32,000 nucleotides of DNA from Candidatus Kuenenia stuttgartensis (GCF_900232105.1 NZ_LT934425.1:1350001-1382000), one strand, 5' to 3'; numbered from the stretch's first letter, positions 1-8,810 are shown. A program made the numbers and translations. The notes: generated from the letters alone by a model not told the origin.

Positions 1-1176
1 TATAAGGTAATTGGAGGCGATCTGGGCTATTTCCCGCGTGAGAAAATACTCGTGGAGGTCTATCCGGACGCTGAGAGTTTTTGCACTATTTCCACTTTAA
101 CACAGAAAGAAATTGAAACCTCCGGTGCTGTCGCAATTTGTTTGTTCAACCGGCTAATCATTACAAGCCCGAGGTTGCAGCCACGGGGATATGAATGGCT
201 TGATACGCTTGCTCATGAGTATGTGCATTATGTGATAATGAAAAAGACATACAATCGTGTGCCGGTTTGGCTTCATGAGGGGCTTGCCAAATATGAGGAA
301 AATAGATGGATAGATGATAATTCACCGACATTGCCTGTTTCACTGGAAAGTCTTCTGGCAGAGGCAGTGGAAAAGAACTACTTTATCACCTTTGAGCAAA
401 TGCATCCCTCCCTGGCAAAATTAGAAAAAAGAGAAGACACCGCCCTTGCATTTGCGCAGGTATTTACGTCAATAGAATATTTATATCATCTTGGCGGCTA
501 TCCTTTGATCACTGCAATCCTTGATGAAATAAAGAATGGAATGGATGCAAAAGAAGCGCTATCCTCCGCCACCGGGGTACCATTTAATACGTTCGAAGAG
601 AATTATCTGCAATATTTGAAACAGAAAAACCTGAGAAGGGTTCATGGCATCAAAATACTTCCGACAATATTAAAGGAATCGTCCACTATTGTGGACGATC
701 TTGAAAGTGTCGCGGAAATAGAGGTAAAAGAAGCGAAAAAATTCGCTATACTGGGAGACCTTTTACGACGCGAAGGGTTGTACAGCGCAGCGATTATAGA
801 ATATGAAAAGGCCTTCATAAGGGCAAAAAATATTTCACCGCAGATCCAGAACAAACTGGCAATGGCATATATCCAGGATACTCAGTATTCAAAGGCAGAA
901 GAAGTATTAAAAACCGCTCTCGAATATTATCCCGAATACACAGCCACATATATTTCACTGGGCGAGCTGTACCAAAGAACAGGAGCATATCAAACGGCAA
1001 TAAATTTTCTTTCACGAGCAAATCGGGTAAATCCATTTAACCCTGTTGTTTACCGCAATCTCATTCAACTATATACAAAAGTGGAAGATAAGGAAAACGC
1101 GGCGAATGAGATGAGAAGGTTAAAAATGGTCACACGGTTCCATAATCCCACTACCCCGGAGATGCCGGAAAAATGA
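1..1176 (+). CDS. Zinc metallopeptidase (HExxH, peptidase MA-like) with C-terminal TPR repeats; 5' partial
   Basis: The frame is open from base 1 with no stop before the listed Met at 52, so the start lies outside the window. HEYVH zincin motif followed by HEGLAKYEE. The C-terminal half consists of TPR-like helical repeats (AIIEYEKAF..., LAMAYIQDTQYSKAEEVL..., LGELYQRTGAYQTAINFL...). Confidence 0.75.
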   Translation, partial: YKVIGGDLGYFPREKILVEVYPDAESFCTISTLTQKEIETSGAVAICLFNRLIITSPRLQPRGYEWLDTLAHEYVHYVIMKKTYNRVPVWLHEGLAKYEENRWIDDNSPTLPVSLESLLAEAVEKNYFITFEQMHPSLAKLEKREDTALAFAQVFTSIEYLYHLGGYPLITAILDEIKNGMDAKEALSSATGVPFNTFEENYLQYLKQKNLRRVHGIKILPTILKESSTIVDDLESVAEIEVKEAKKFAILGDLLRREGLYSAAIIEYEKAFIRAKNISPQIQNKLAMAYIQDTQYSKAEEVLKTALEYYPEYTATYISLGELYQRTGAYQTAINFLSRANRVNPFNPVVYRNLIQLYTKVEDKENAANEMRRLKMVTRFHNPTTPEMPEK

Positions 1177-1309
1177 TTCAATTGCTTTCTTAAATTAAAT
1201 CAGGCCGGGCTTTAAAAAGACAAAAACCCAACGCATTTTATACACGCCTTAATCCCATAAATGCTAAGTTATTTCTGATATTTTTTACACGGAGTCAAAT
1301 ATCTAAAGC

Positions 1310-1376
1310 CGGCAATCGGCAATTTACAGTCGGCAAATTGCAGACTGTGGACTGTAGACTGTAGACTGTAGACTGC
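1310..1376. repeat. Degenerate heptamer tandem array (STRR-like): cggcaat x2 ... ctgtaga x3-4
   Basis: Read in 7-nt register: cggcaat cggcaat ttacagt cggcaaa ttgcaga ctgtgga ctgtaga ctgtaga ctgtaga ctgcttt. It lies in the intergenic gap about 135 nt after the peptidase stop. Confidence 0.7.
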
Positions 1377-1435
1377 TTTCGCGCTTATTTGGTTCCGGCT
1401 TGTCCGGATTTTGGTAATTATCAAAGAGGAATTGC

Positions 1436-2959
1436 ATGAATAATTTTTGGAAATGCAGAAATTATCCGGGAATAGTCATAGTAGTAATCATTTTTTTATT
1501 GGTAAATACAGGATGCAAAAAGATACCCAAGGGTAACCTGATAGAGCAGAATTTTAAGGTTCTTTTGGAAATAAGCGCATTTAAGAAAAAGCAGATAATT
1601 AAATATTTTGCGGACGTAGAAAAGAGAGCGGCTGGTATTGCTGCAGACGAAAGCATGCTTGATTGTTTTCATCAGATAAAGAAATGTTATCAGGTTGAGG
1701 CATCAGGAATCGATGCTATGAATATTCAGAAGAAGGAGTATGAAGCGGATGTAAATTTTGTTACTACGTATAAAGATTTCTACGATATTCTTTTTGTCGA
1801 TAGCAGAGGTTTTGTTTTTCACAGCATAAAACAGGCAGATGATTATCATACAAATCTTTTTACCGGAAGGTATTCGGATACTTCCCTGTCCATACATCTT
1901 CGGGAAGCGCCTGAAAGGGAATTTGTCAACTATGAATTTTATGCCCCGTCAGACAAACCTGCCGCTTTTTTTGTTGTGCCTGTATATGAAAAGAAAGACC
2001 TTGCCGGCTGGTTTGTTTTACAATTTCCTATAAACAAAATTAATGCAATATTATCCGACCATGAACACCTTGGAAGAACCGGAGAGGTGTATCTTGTAAA
2101 TGAAAACAAGTTAATGCTGACGGATTCCAGGTTTATCGAAGATAGCACCATTTTGAAACGTAAAGTGGATACTGAGGCAGTGAAACTTGCGCTGCAACAG
2201 AAAGCGGGGAGCAAGATTATTGAGGACTACAGGGGCATACATGTGTTAAGCGCTTTTGAACAATTTGAAGTGTTTGGCCATTCATGGATAATTATTGTTG
2301 AAATGGATGAGGACGAGGTTATTTCAAATATTTATAAGGAGTATGAAAAATATTTTCTTTCAAAAATTATGGATTACCTGCCGAAAGTAAATGCCGGATA
2401 TGCTGTTCAGGACAGGGAATCGTTGTCTCCCCAAAATAGCAAAAAAGTGGATATTAACGAGTATGCAATGACAAAATCGGGAGAATTATTAGAAACAAAA
2501 GGGGTTGGACCATGCACTGCAATCATTTTGTCCTTTCCCCAAAGCTTTGGATATCTTGCGCATATCAGTCCCGTAGATGAAATTTATCATAAGAATCCTC
2601 TTACCAAATATTTCCTGGGAGGTCGAAAGACAAGTTGCCTCCAGAAAATACTGCAAAATATAAGGCGCTACGATTTGTATCCTTACCAATTGAATAAGCT
2701 TCGCTGTGTAATCATTGCCACTCACATGAAAAGTCTGGAAACAATAGTTGATCAACTATTAAGAGAGGGCATAGAATTGTCACAAATTGGGTTTTTATTT
2801 AATCCCTCTGCGGATTATGCCAATATAATATTTGATCAGTTAAACGACCGCATAAGAATAGAGTGGAAATCTCATAATTATAATACCGTTTTTTATGCTG
2901 CACATATTCCTGACGTTAAAACATTAGGGTATGTTGTAAAAGAAATGATTGTGCAATAA
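1436..2959 (+). CDS. Lipoprotein-like extracytoplasmic Cache-domain protein with C-terminal CheD-like domain
   Basis: 507-aa ORF. It has one N-terminal hydrophobic segment ending in NTGC (lipobox-like, Cys27). Cache-type motifs are GEVYLVNENKLMLTDSRF and WIIIVEMDEDEV. The C-terminal part (2441-2956), KKVDINEYAM..TKGVGPCTAII..GYLAHISP, resembles the CheD Cys/His signature. No second TM segment. Confidence 0.75.
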   Translation: MNNFWKCRNYPGIVIVVIIFLLVNTGCKKIPKGNLIEQNFKVLLEISAFKKKQIIKYFADVEKRAAGIAADESMLDCFHQIKKCYQVEASGIDAMNIQKKEYEADVNFVTTYKDFYDILFVDSRGFVFHSIKQADDYHTNLFTGRYSDTSLSIHLREAPEREFVNYEFYAPSDKPAAFFVVPVYEKKDLAGWFVLQFPINKINAILSDHEHLGRTGEVYLVNENKLMLTDSRFIEDSTILKRKVDTEAVKLALQQKAGSKIIEDYRGIHVLSAFEQFEVFGHSWIIIVEMDEDEVISNIYKEYEKYFLSKIMDYLPKVNAGYAVQDRESLSPQNSKKVDINEYAMTKSGELLETKGVGPCTAIILSFPQSFGYLAHISPVDEIYHKNPLTKYFLGGRKTSCLQKILQNIRRYDLYPYQLNKLRCVIIATHMKSLETIVDQLLREGIELSQIGFLFNPSADYANIIFDQLNDRIRIEWKSHNYNTVFYAAHIPDVKTLGYVVKEMIVQ

Positions 2960-3046
2960 AATTGCGGGTCATCGTGTAATCGCGTGGGTAAAAGAGAGTG
3001 CAAATCAGTATAAAATGGTATTAGATAATAGTAAGGAGATGAGAAA

Positions 3047-6000
3047 ATGAGACTTAAGATACTAACGGTATTGAGAGTATCGATGGTGGCGAGCGTTGTA
3101 TGTGGTCTTATGTTTTTTACCCAATACACGGCCGGCAGCTATGATGGGTATGCAATTGGTTCGACTACAGGTTCCTTGCCAGACGACGGCGGCAGCACCC
3201 CTACCGCAACAACAGGTTCAGCAACGTGTGTTAGCTTGAGTTCCGTATTACTGAATGGGTGGGTGAATGGCAACGGGTTGGCAACTACTGCGTGGTTTGA
3301 TTATGGCACGAGTACAGGAATGTATTTCGATGCCACAACAACTATTCCATGTGGAACCGGCTCAACGTACGTAAATGCGACTTTAGGTGATTTAACGCCA
3401 TGGACGACATACTATTGCAGGATAGCCTCTCAAAACATTGGAGGCATATCCTACGGAAGCGAAACCACCTTTATACCTCGGTCACAGATATCGGCAGGAG
3501 CATATCATACGCTAACACTGAAGCCAGATGGCGCCGTGTGGACATGGGGGGCAAACTGGAACGGTCAACTGGGAGACGAGTCAACGACAAACCGCTCAAC
3601 GCCGGTGCAGGTAAGCGGCCTAACCGATGTAATTGCCATTGCTGGAGGGGCTTATCACACAATCGCCCTGAAATCAGACGGCACGGTATGGGCGTGGGGG
3701 AATAATGAAGGCGGTCAACTGGGAGACGGGTCAACGACTGACCGTTCAACGCCGGTGCAGGTAAGCGGCCTAACCGATGTAATTGCCATTGCTGGAGGAT
3801 ATGCGCACACAATAGCTTTGAAATCAGACGGCACGGTGTGGGCGTGGGGGGATAATGAAGGGGGTCGACTGGGAGACGGGTCAACGACAAACCGTTCAAT
3901 ACCGGTGAAGGTAGGCGGTCTAAGCGATGTAATTGCTATTGCGGGAGGGAATGCGCACACAATAGCTTTAAAATCAGACGGCACGGTGTGGGCGTGGGGG
4001 GATAATGAAGGGGGTCAACTGGGAGACGGGTCAACGACAAACCGTTCAACACCGGTGAAGGTAAGCGGTCTAGCCGATGTGATTGCCATTGCAGGAGGGT
4101 ATTCCCACACAATAGTCTTGAGGTCAGATGGCACGGTGTGGACGTGGGGGCATAATGAAGGGGGTCAACTGGGAGACGGGTCAACGACAAACCGTTCAAC
4201 ACCGGTGCAGGTAAGCGGTCTAGCCGATGTGATTGCCATTGCAGGAGGGGTGTATCACACAATAGCCGTGAAATCAGACGGCACGATGTGGGCGTGGGGA
4301 TATAATTGGTATGGTCAACTGGGAGACGGGACAACTATAAACAGTTCAACGCCAGTGCAGGTGAACGGCCTGACTGATGTAATTGCCATTGCCGGAGGAT
4401 ATTATCACACAATAGCCATGAAATCAGACGGCGCTGTGTGGACGTGGGGATTTAATTATTATGGTCAACTGGGAGACGGGTCTATAACAAACCGTTCAAC
4501 ACCGGCACAAAGATCGCTTTCCGGTATGAAATCCGTTGCTACCCCTACCGTGACGACAGGTTCAGCAACGTGTGTTAGTTTGAGTTCCGCATTACTGAAC
4601 GGGTGGGTGAATGGCAACGGAGTGGCAACTACTGCGTGGTTTGATTATGGCACTAGCACGGGAATGTATTTCGACGCCACAAAAACTATTTCATGCGGAA
4701 CCGGCTCAACGTACGTAGGTGCGACTTTAGGTGATTTAACGCCATGGACGACATACTATTGCAGGATAGCCTCTCAAAACATTGGAGGCATATACTATGG
4801 AAGCGAAACCACCTTTATGCCTCGGACTCAGATATCGGCAGGTGCATATCATACGCTAACACTGAAGCCAGATGGCACCGTGTGGGCATATGGGGCAAAT
4901 TGGAATAGTCAACTGGGAGACGGGTCAACTACAGACAGTTCAACGCCAGTGCAGGTGAGCGGTCTAACCGATGCAATTGCCATTGCAGGAGGGGTGTATC
5001 ATACAATAGCCCTGAAATCAGATGGCACGGTGTGGACTTGGGGGTGGAATAATTCTGGTCAACTGGGAGATGGGACAACTATAAACCGTTCAACGCCAGT
5101 GCAGGTAATCGGTCTGACTGATGTAATTGCCATTGCAGGAGGAGATTATCACACAATCGCCTTGAAATCAGACGGCACAGTGTGGACGTGGGGGTTTAAT
5201 TATTATGGTCAACTGGGAGGTGGCGCAACGACAAACCGTTCAACGCCTGTGCAGGTAAAAGGTCTAGCCGATATAATTGCCATTGCAGGAGGGTATGTTC
5301 ACTCAATAGCCCTGAAATCAGACGGCACGGTGTGGGCTTGGGGGTATAATGGATATGGTCAACTGGGAGACGGGTCAACTACAGACCACTTAACGCCGGT
5401 ACAGGTAAGCGGTCTAACAGATATAATTGCCATTGCAGGGGGGTATATTCACACAATTGCCTTGAAATCAGACGGCACGGTGTGGGCATGGGGGCATAAT
5501 GAAGGGGGTCAACTGGGAGATGGGACAACGACCAACAGTTCAACACCAGTGCAGGTAAGCGGCCTAACAGATGTAATTGCCGTTACCGCAAGGCTTTATC
5601 ATACAATAGCCTTGAAATCAGACGGCACAGTGTGGACGTGGGGGAGGAATATTTATGGACAACTGGGAGACGGGTCAACCACAGAACGCTCATTGCCAGT
5701 ACAGGTAATCGGTCTGACCGATGTAATTGCCATTGCAGGAGGGTATTATCACACAATTGCCTTGAAATCAGACGGCGCGGTGTGGGCTTGGGGGTATAAT
5801 GGAAATAATCAACTGGGAAACTGGTCAACGAAGAACAGTTCAACGCCTGTACGGAGTTTGAGATACGACATGAATTCCGTTACTACCCCTGCCGTGATAA
5901 CAGGTTCAACAACGTGCGTTAGCTTGAGTTCCGTATTACTGAATGGGTGGGTGGACGGCAACAGGGCCGCAACTACTGCGTGGTTTGATTATGGCACGAG

Positions 6001-7288
6001 CAGTGGAGTGTATTTCGATACCACAGCAACTATTCCATGCGGAACCAGCTCTGCGTACATAAGTGCTACTTTAGGATCTTTAACGCCATGGACGACATAC
6101 TATTACAGGATAGCTGCTCAAAACAGCAGAGGTATATCCTATGGAAGTGAAACCATATTTTTGCCGCGATCACAGATATCAGCAGGTGCATATCATACGC
6201 TAACTCTGAAGCCAGATGGCACCGTGTGGGCATGTGGGGCAAATTGGAATGGTCAACTGGGAGATGGGACAACTATAAACCGTTCAACGCCAGTGCAGGT
6301 GAGCGGTCTAACTGATGTAATTGCCATTGCAGGAGGAGATTATCACACAATAGCCTTGAAATCGGATAATACGGTGTGGGCGTGGGGGTCTAATTCTTAT
6401 GGTCAGTTGGGAGACGGGACAATTACAAACCGTTCAATACCGACGCCGGTGACTTATCTAACTAACATAATTGCCATTGCAGGAGGGTATGTTCACACAA
6501 TCGCCCTGAAATCAGACGGCACGGTGTGGGCATGGGGATATAATGGATATGGTCAACTGGGAGACGGCTCAACTACCAACCGTTCAACACCAGTGCAGGT
6601 AAGCGGTCTAACCGATGTAATTGCCATTGCAGGGGAGTATGTCCACACAGTCGCCCTGAAATCAGACGGCACGGTGTGGGCATGGGGATATAATGGATAT
6701 GGCCAACTGGGAGACGGCTCAACTACCAACCGTTCAACACCAGTGCAGGTAAGCGGTCTAACCGATGTAATTGCCATTGCAGGGGGATATGTTCACACAA
6801 TCGCCTTGAAATCAGATGGCACGGTGTGGACGTGGGGGTGGAATAATTCTGGTCAACTGGGAGATGGGACAACTATAAACCGTTTAACGCCAGTGCAGGT
6901 AAGCGGTCTAACCGATGCAATTGCCATTGCAGGAGGGGATTATCACACAATAGCCTTGAAATCGGATAATACGGTGTGGGCGTGGGGGTCTAATTCTTAT
7001 GGTCAGTTGGGAGATGGGACAACTATAAACCGTTTAACGCCAGTGCAGGTAAGCGGTCTAACCGATGCAATTGCCATTGCAGGAGGGGATTATCACACGA
7101 TAGCTTTGAAATCGGATAATACGGTGTGGGCGTGGGGGTCTAATTCTTATGGTCAGTTGGGAGACGTGTCAACTGCAAATAGCTTAACACCGGCGCAGTG
7201 CTTGTTATCTCCTATTGTATCAACAGGCACGGCAATAAACATTGGAACAACCATGGTACGGTCAACACCAACGGCACGTCTACCATGA
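3047..7288 (+). CDS. Secreted or anchored giant repeat protein: 3 x (Fn3-like domain + 7-bladed RCC1-like beta-propeller), 21 RCC1 repeats
   Basis: 1413-aa ORF with AAGGAG at 3033-3038 upstream of the ATG and an N-terminal hydrophobic signal/anchor. There are 21 copies of the ~50-aa RCC1 signature (GxYHTIALKSDGTVWxWGxNxxGQLGDGSTTNRSTPVQVSGLTDVIAIAGG). Three copies of TGSATCVSLSSxLLNGWVNGNGxATTAWFDYGTS...TTYYCRIASQN are present. Confidence 0.9.
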   Translation: MRLKILTVLRVSMVASVVCGLMFFTQYTAGSYDGYAIGSTTGSLPDDGGSTPTATTGSATCVSLSSVLLNGWVNGNGLATTAWFDYGTSTGMYFDATTTIPCGTGSTYVNATLGDLTPWTTYYCRIASQNIGGISYGSETTFIPRSQISAGAYHTLTLKPDGAVWTWGANWNGQLGDESTTNRSTPVQVSGLTDVIAIAGGAYHTIALKSDGTVWAWGNNEGGQLGDGSTTDRSTPVQVSGLTDVIAIAGGYAHTIALKSDGTVWAWGDNEGGRLGDGSTTNRSIPVKVGGLSDVIAIAGGNAHTIALKSDGTVWAWGDNEGGQLGDGSTTNRSTPVKVSGLADVIAIAGGYSHTIVLRSDGTVWTWGHNEGGQLGDGSTTNRSTPVQVSGLADVIAIAGGVYHTIAVKSDGTMWAWGYNWYGQLGDGTTINSSTPVQVNGLTDVIAIAGGYYHTIAMKSDGAVWTWGFNYYGQLGDGSITNRSTPAQRSLSGMKSVATPTVTTGSATCVSLSSALLNGWVNGNGVATTAWFDYGTSTGMYFDATKTISCGTGSTYVGATLGDLTPWTTYYCRIASQNIGGIYYGSETTFMPRTQISAGAYHTLTLKPDGTVWAYGANWNSQLGDGSTTDSSTPVQVSGLTDAIAIAGGVYHTIALKSDGTVWTWGWNNSGQLGDGTTINRSTPVQVIGLTDVIAIAGGDYHTIALKSDGTVWTWGFNYYGQLGGGATTNRSTPVQVKGLADIIAIAGGYVHSIALKSDGTVWAWGYNGYGQLGDGSTTDHLTPVQVSGLTDIIAIAGGYIHTIALKSDGTVWAWGHNEGGQLGDGTTTNSSTPVQVSGLTDVIAVTARLYHTIALKSDGTVWTWGRNIYGQLGDGSTTERSLPVQVIGLTDVIAIAGGYYHTIALKSDGAVWAWGYNGNNQLGNWSTKNSSTPVRSLRYDMNSVTTPAVITGSTTCVSLSSVLLNGWVDGNRAATTAWFDYGTSSGVYFDTTATIPCGTSSAYISATLGSLTPWTTYYYRIAAQNSRGISYGSETIFLPRSQISAGAYHTLTLKPDGTVWACGANWNGQLGDGTTINRSTPVQVSGLTDVIAIAGGDYHTIALKSDNTVWAWGSNSYGQLGDGTITNRSIPTPVTYLTNIIAIAGGYVHTIALKSDGTVWAWGYNGYGQLGDGSTTNRSTPVQVSGLTDVIAIAGEYVHTVALKSDGTVWAWGYNGYGQLGDGSTTNRSTPVQVSGLTDVIAIAGGYVHTIALKSDGTVWTWGWNNSGQLGDGTTINRLTPVQVSGLTDAIAIAGGDYHTIALKSDNTVWAWGSNSYGQLGDGTTINRLTPVQVSGLTDAIAIAGGDYHTIALKSDNTVWAWGSNSYGQLGDVSTANSLTPAQCLLSPIVSTGTAINIGTTMVRSTPTARLP
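3197..7228 (+). repeat. Three tandem intragenic modules with an exact 1344-nt (448-codon) period
   Basis: The module-start string acccct(a/g)ccg... occurs at 3197, 4541 and 5885, spaced exactly 1344 nt apart. Nested 150-nt RCC1 units are near-identical at the 3' end (6531-6680 vs 6681-6830; 6861-7010 vs 7011-7160). Confidence 0.9.
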
Positions 7289-7344
7289 CGTGGTTCCGGC
7301 ACGGCACGGTTAGCGGGTCATATACCGGCACATCTACGACACAA
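7220..7344 (+). pseudogene. Remnant of a fourth Fn3-like domain of the RCC1 protein, frameshifted near 7250-7255 and truncated at 7344
   Basis: The main frame reads STGTAINIGTT and then runs into a stop at 7286-7288. The domain continues in another frame as HGTVNTNGTSTMTWFRHGTVSGSYTGTSTTQ (compare NGWVNGNGLATTAWFDYGTSTG in modules 1-3). Similarity ends where the hairpin repeat begins. Confidence 0.55.
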
Positions 7345-7551
7345 TTGGAATCCGGAATTTATTTGTCATTTGTTCTGATAATAGAAGGCGGAATCGAAAG
7401 TATAAAACGTTTGGTTCAGGTTACAAACCTGAACCCGCGAATGTAGTTTCCATTGCCATTACGTTCCCAAACAGATACTTCACTATGTTCAGTACAAGGT
7501 TTGAGAACGAGTTGTGCTTCGGTAGTTTAATAGATTACGCTGAATAGTTAC
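7345..7551 (-). repeat. Hairpin-bearing MITE-like element, partial copy 3 (reverse complement of the left arm, hairpin and first core segment)
   Basis: The reverse complement aligns with 13753-13959 at roughly 90% identity by eye, with the first ~80 nt identical. It contains the perfect hairpin ggttcaggtt-aca-aacctgaacc at 7413-7435 and ends in ...gaatagttac. Confidence 0.85.
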
Positions 7552-7669
7552 CAAATTTTAGAAGAAATTACCGATGAACAACAGATTGCGCAGATTTCAT
7601 TGGTAAAAATACCGGCAATCATTCTGTTTTTTTCCGTTAGAATGGTAGGAAATGCCTTTGTATCAGTAT

Positions 7670-7697
7670 GTAGCGGCAATTCGAGAATTGCCGCTAC
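7670..7697. repeat. GTAG-headed perfect palindrome (REP-like hairpin)
   Basis: gtagcggcaatt-cgag-aattgccgctac forms a 12-bp perfect stem. It shares the cggcaat/attgccg word with the heptamer arrays. Confidence 0.6.
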
Positions 7698-8047
7698 ACT
7701 GAATATCACTCTATTATTACGGGAATGCTAATAAAACAAAACTACTAAAAAATATCGAGCTTTCCTGACAATTTGATGCGTTTTTTAGACGAATTTGAAG
7801 CGACCCAGGCCATTATACGTCAACATCGATGTAATCATGATCGGTTTTTTACAATACGGGAAGTTGCTATTATGAAAGCAGGGGCTTTTTTGAGCAATTA
7901 TCTCTTTCTGTGAATTTGATACTGCAATGGTATTGTGAATACAAAGAGGAATCATGCCACGGCCTTTATTATTTTGCAAATGTGTGGCTTGTACTTATAG
8001 AACCGAAAGTGCATTATTCCTCTTTGCCCCCAATAGGTAAATCAATT

Positions 8048-8428
8048 TTACCAGGGCCTTCCGCCACCACTTCTACCACCACCACTACCGCCGCTTCTAC
8101 CGCCGCCACTTCTGCCGCCACCGCCACCGCTTCTACCGCCGCCACTTCTACCTCTACCACCACCGCCGCCTTGCTTACGGTCATCAGTACGGGGAAGCGC
8201 CTCATTAACATTCAGAACCCTTCCATTTAAATCTTTGCCGTTGAGACTATCTAGCGCAGCCTGCGCTTCTGCCCTTGAGGGCATTTCTACAAATCCAAAT
8301 CCTCTGGATTCTCCGCTGAATTTATCCTTAATGATTGTTACGGACGTGACCTGCCCAAACTCCTCAAAAACCTGTTTCAATTCTTCCTCTGTTGTTTGTC
8401 GTGCCAGGTTGCCGGCGTAAATATTCAT
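8048..8428 (-). CDS. RRM-type RNA-binding protein with Gly/Arg-rich (RGG/GGGRS) C-terminal tail
   Basis: MNIYAGNL (RNP-2-like) and RGFGFVEM (RNP-1). The tail is GGGGGRGRSGGGRSGGGGGRSGGGRSGGSGGGRSGGGRPW. I prefer the internal Met at 8428, which is preceded by aaaggatag, over the track start at 8461. Confidence 0.9.
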   Translation of the reverse strand: MNIYAGNLARQTTEEELKQVFEEFGQVTSVTIIKDKFSGESRGFGFVEMPSRAEAQAALDSLNGKDLNGRVLNVNEALPRTDDRKQGGGGGRGRSGGGRSGGGGGRSGGGRSGGSGGGRSGGGRPW

Positions 8429-8582
8429 GTTTCTATCCTTTCTTTTAGGTATTAATAACAATATTTTATTTGGTGTATATTTGCGTTTGAGTAAATCAGA
8501 CCTATGGATGTTTCAAGTTATTTTATTTCTCCCCCTTTCCTGTTTTTTCAGAAGTTAGGCAAACTTCCGTAATTTCATACGT

Positions 8583-8611
8583 AGTATAATGCAAGTTTGT
8601 AGCATATGCAA
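8583..8611 (-). promoter_or_regulatory. Candidate sigma70-type promoter for the RRM gene (TTGCAT-17 nt-TATACT), implying a ~150-nt leader
   Basis: The minus strand reads TTGCAT (8611-8606), a 17-nt spacer, then TATACT (8588-8583). This is a motif match only. Confidence 0.4.
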
Positions 8612-8810
8612 CAAAGTTATCGTGATTTTAAGCATGGCGGTTGCTTCTTTCAGCATTTGGTAACGAACCAATTACGCATGCATTATACATTACTCCCTGA
8701 CCTGAACGCTCAATTCTTTTACATTGCGTTCTCTATTATATCCGTTGTAAAGTGTTCACAATGCAGGCCAAATTTTAGAGGGAATTTAAGGGGGGGGTTT
8801 TAATACAAAT

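Noticed and set aside
3400-6777. About ten listed ORFs (both strands, 60-142 aa) overlapping the RCC1 gene, several with their own internal repeats
   Set aside because: They are frame-shadow products of the 150-nt periodic coding repeat. They have biased composition (Pro/Leu/Arg/Thr-rich) and no RBS or start context, and each simply inherits the repeat of the real + strand frame.
3047-7288. Near-identical intragenic repeats considered as a diversity-generating retroelement target or template pair
   Set aside because: No reverse transcriptase or accessory gene is in the window. Differences between units are not adenine-specific. The pattern fits tandem duplication or gene conversion.
7446-7478. 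33-nt segment gtttccattgccattacgttcccaaacagatac in each element arm, whose reverse complement ends in ...atggaaac like some CRISPR repeats
   Set aside because: It occurs once per element copy, with no repeat-spacer periodicity and no cas genes. It is simply part of the terminal inverted arm.
7314-7547. A reading frame stays open through the hairpin and the whole right arm (…GSGYKPEPANVVSIAITFPNRYFTMFSTRFENELCFGSLIDYAE*), with two synonymous differences between copies
   Set aside because: There is no start codon or RBS. Most inter-copy differences are non-conservative (V/A, I/S, N/I, R/I). The same DNA occurs in both orientations, and the sample is too small to infer coding constraint.
7776-7913. 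45-aa ORF MRFLDEFEATQAIIRQHRCNHDRFFTIREVAIMKAGAFLSNYLFL in the gap downstream of the RRM gene
   Set aside because: It is protein-like to the eye but short, without an RBS and without a recognisable motif. It could be a gene remnant but cannot be supported from sequence alone.
7910-8230. + strand ORF with a long Thr/Ala/Ser run (TTTTAASTAATSAATATAS...)
   Set aside because: It is the antisense reading of the GGGRS tail of the RRM gene (8048-8428, minus strand), which has clear RNP-1 and RNP-2 motifs.
8585-8590. Perfect TATAAT on the + strand upstream of ORF 8606-8803
   Set aside because: It has no acceptable -35 at 16-18 nt. The downstream 65-aa ORF has no RBS and odd composition. The same bases form the -10 (TATACT) of a better-spaced minus-strand promoter for the RRM gene.
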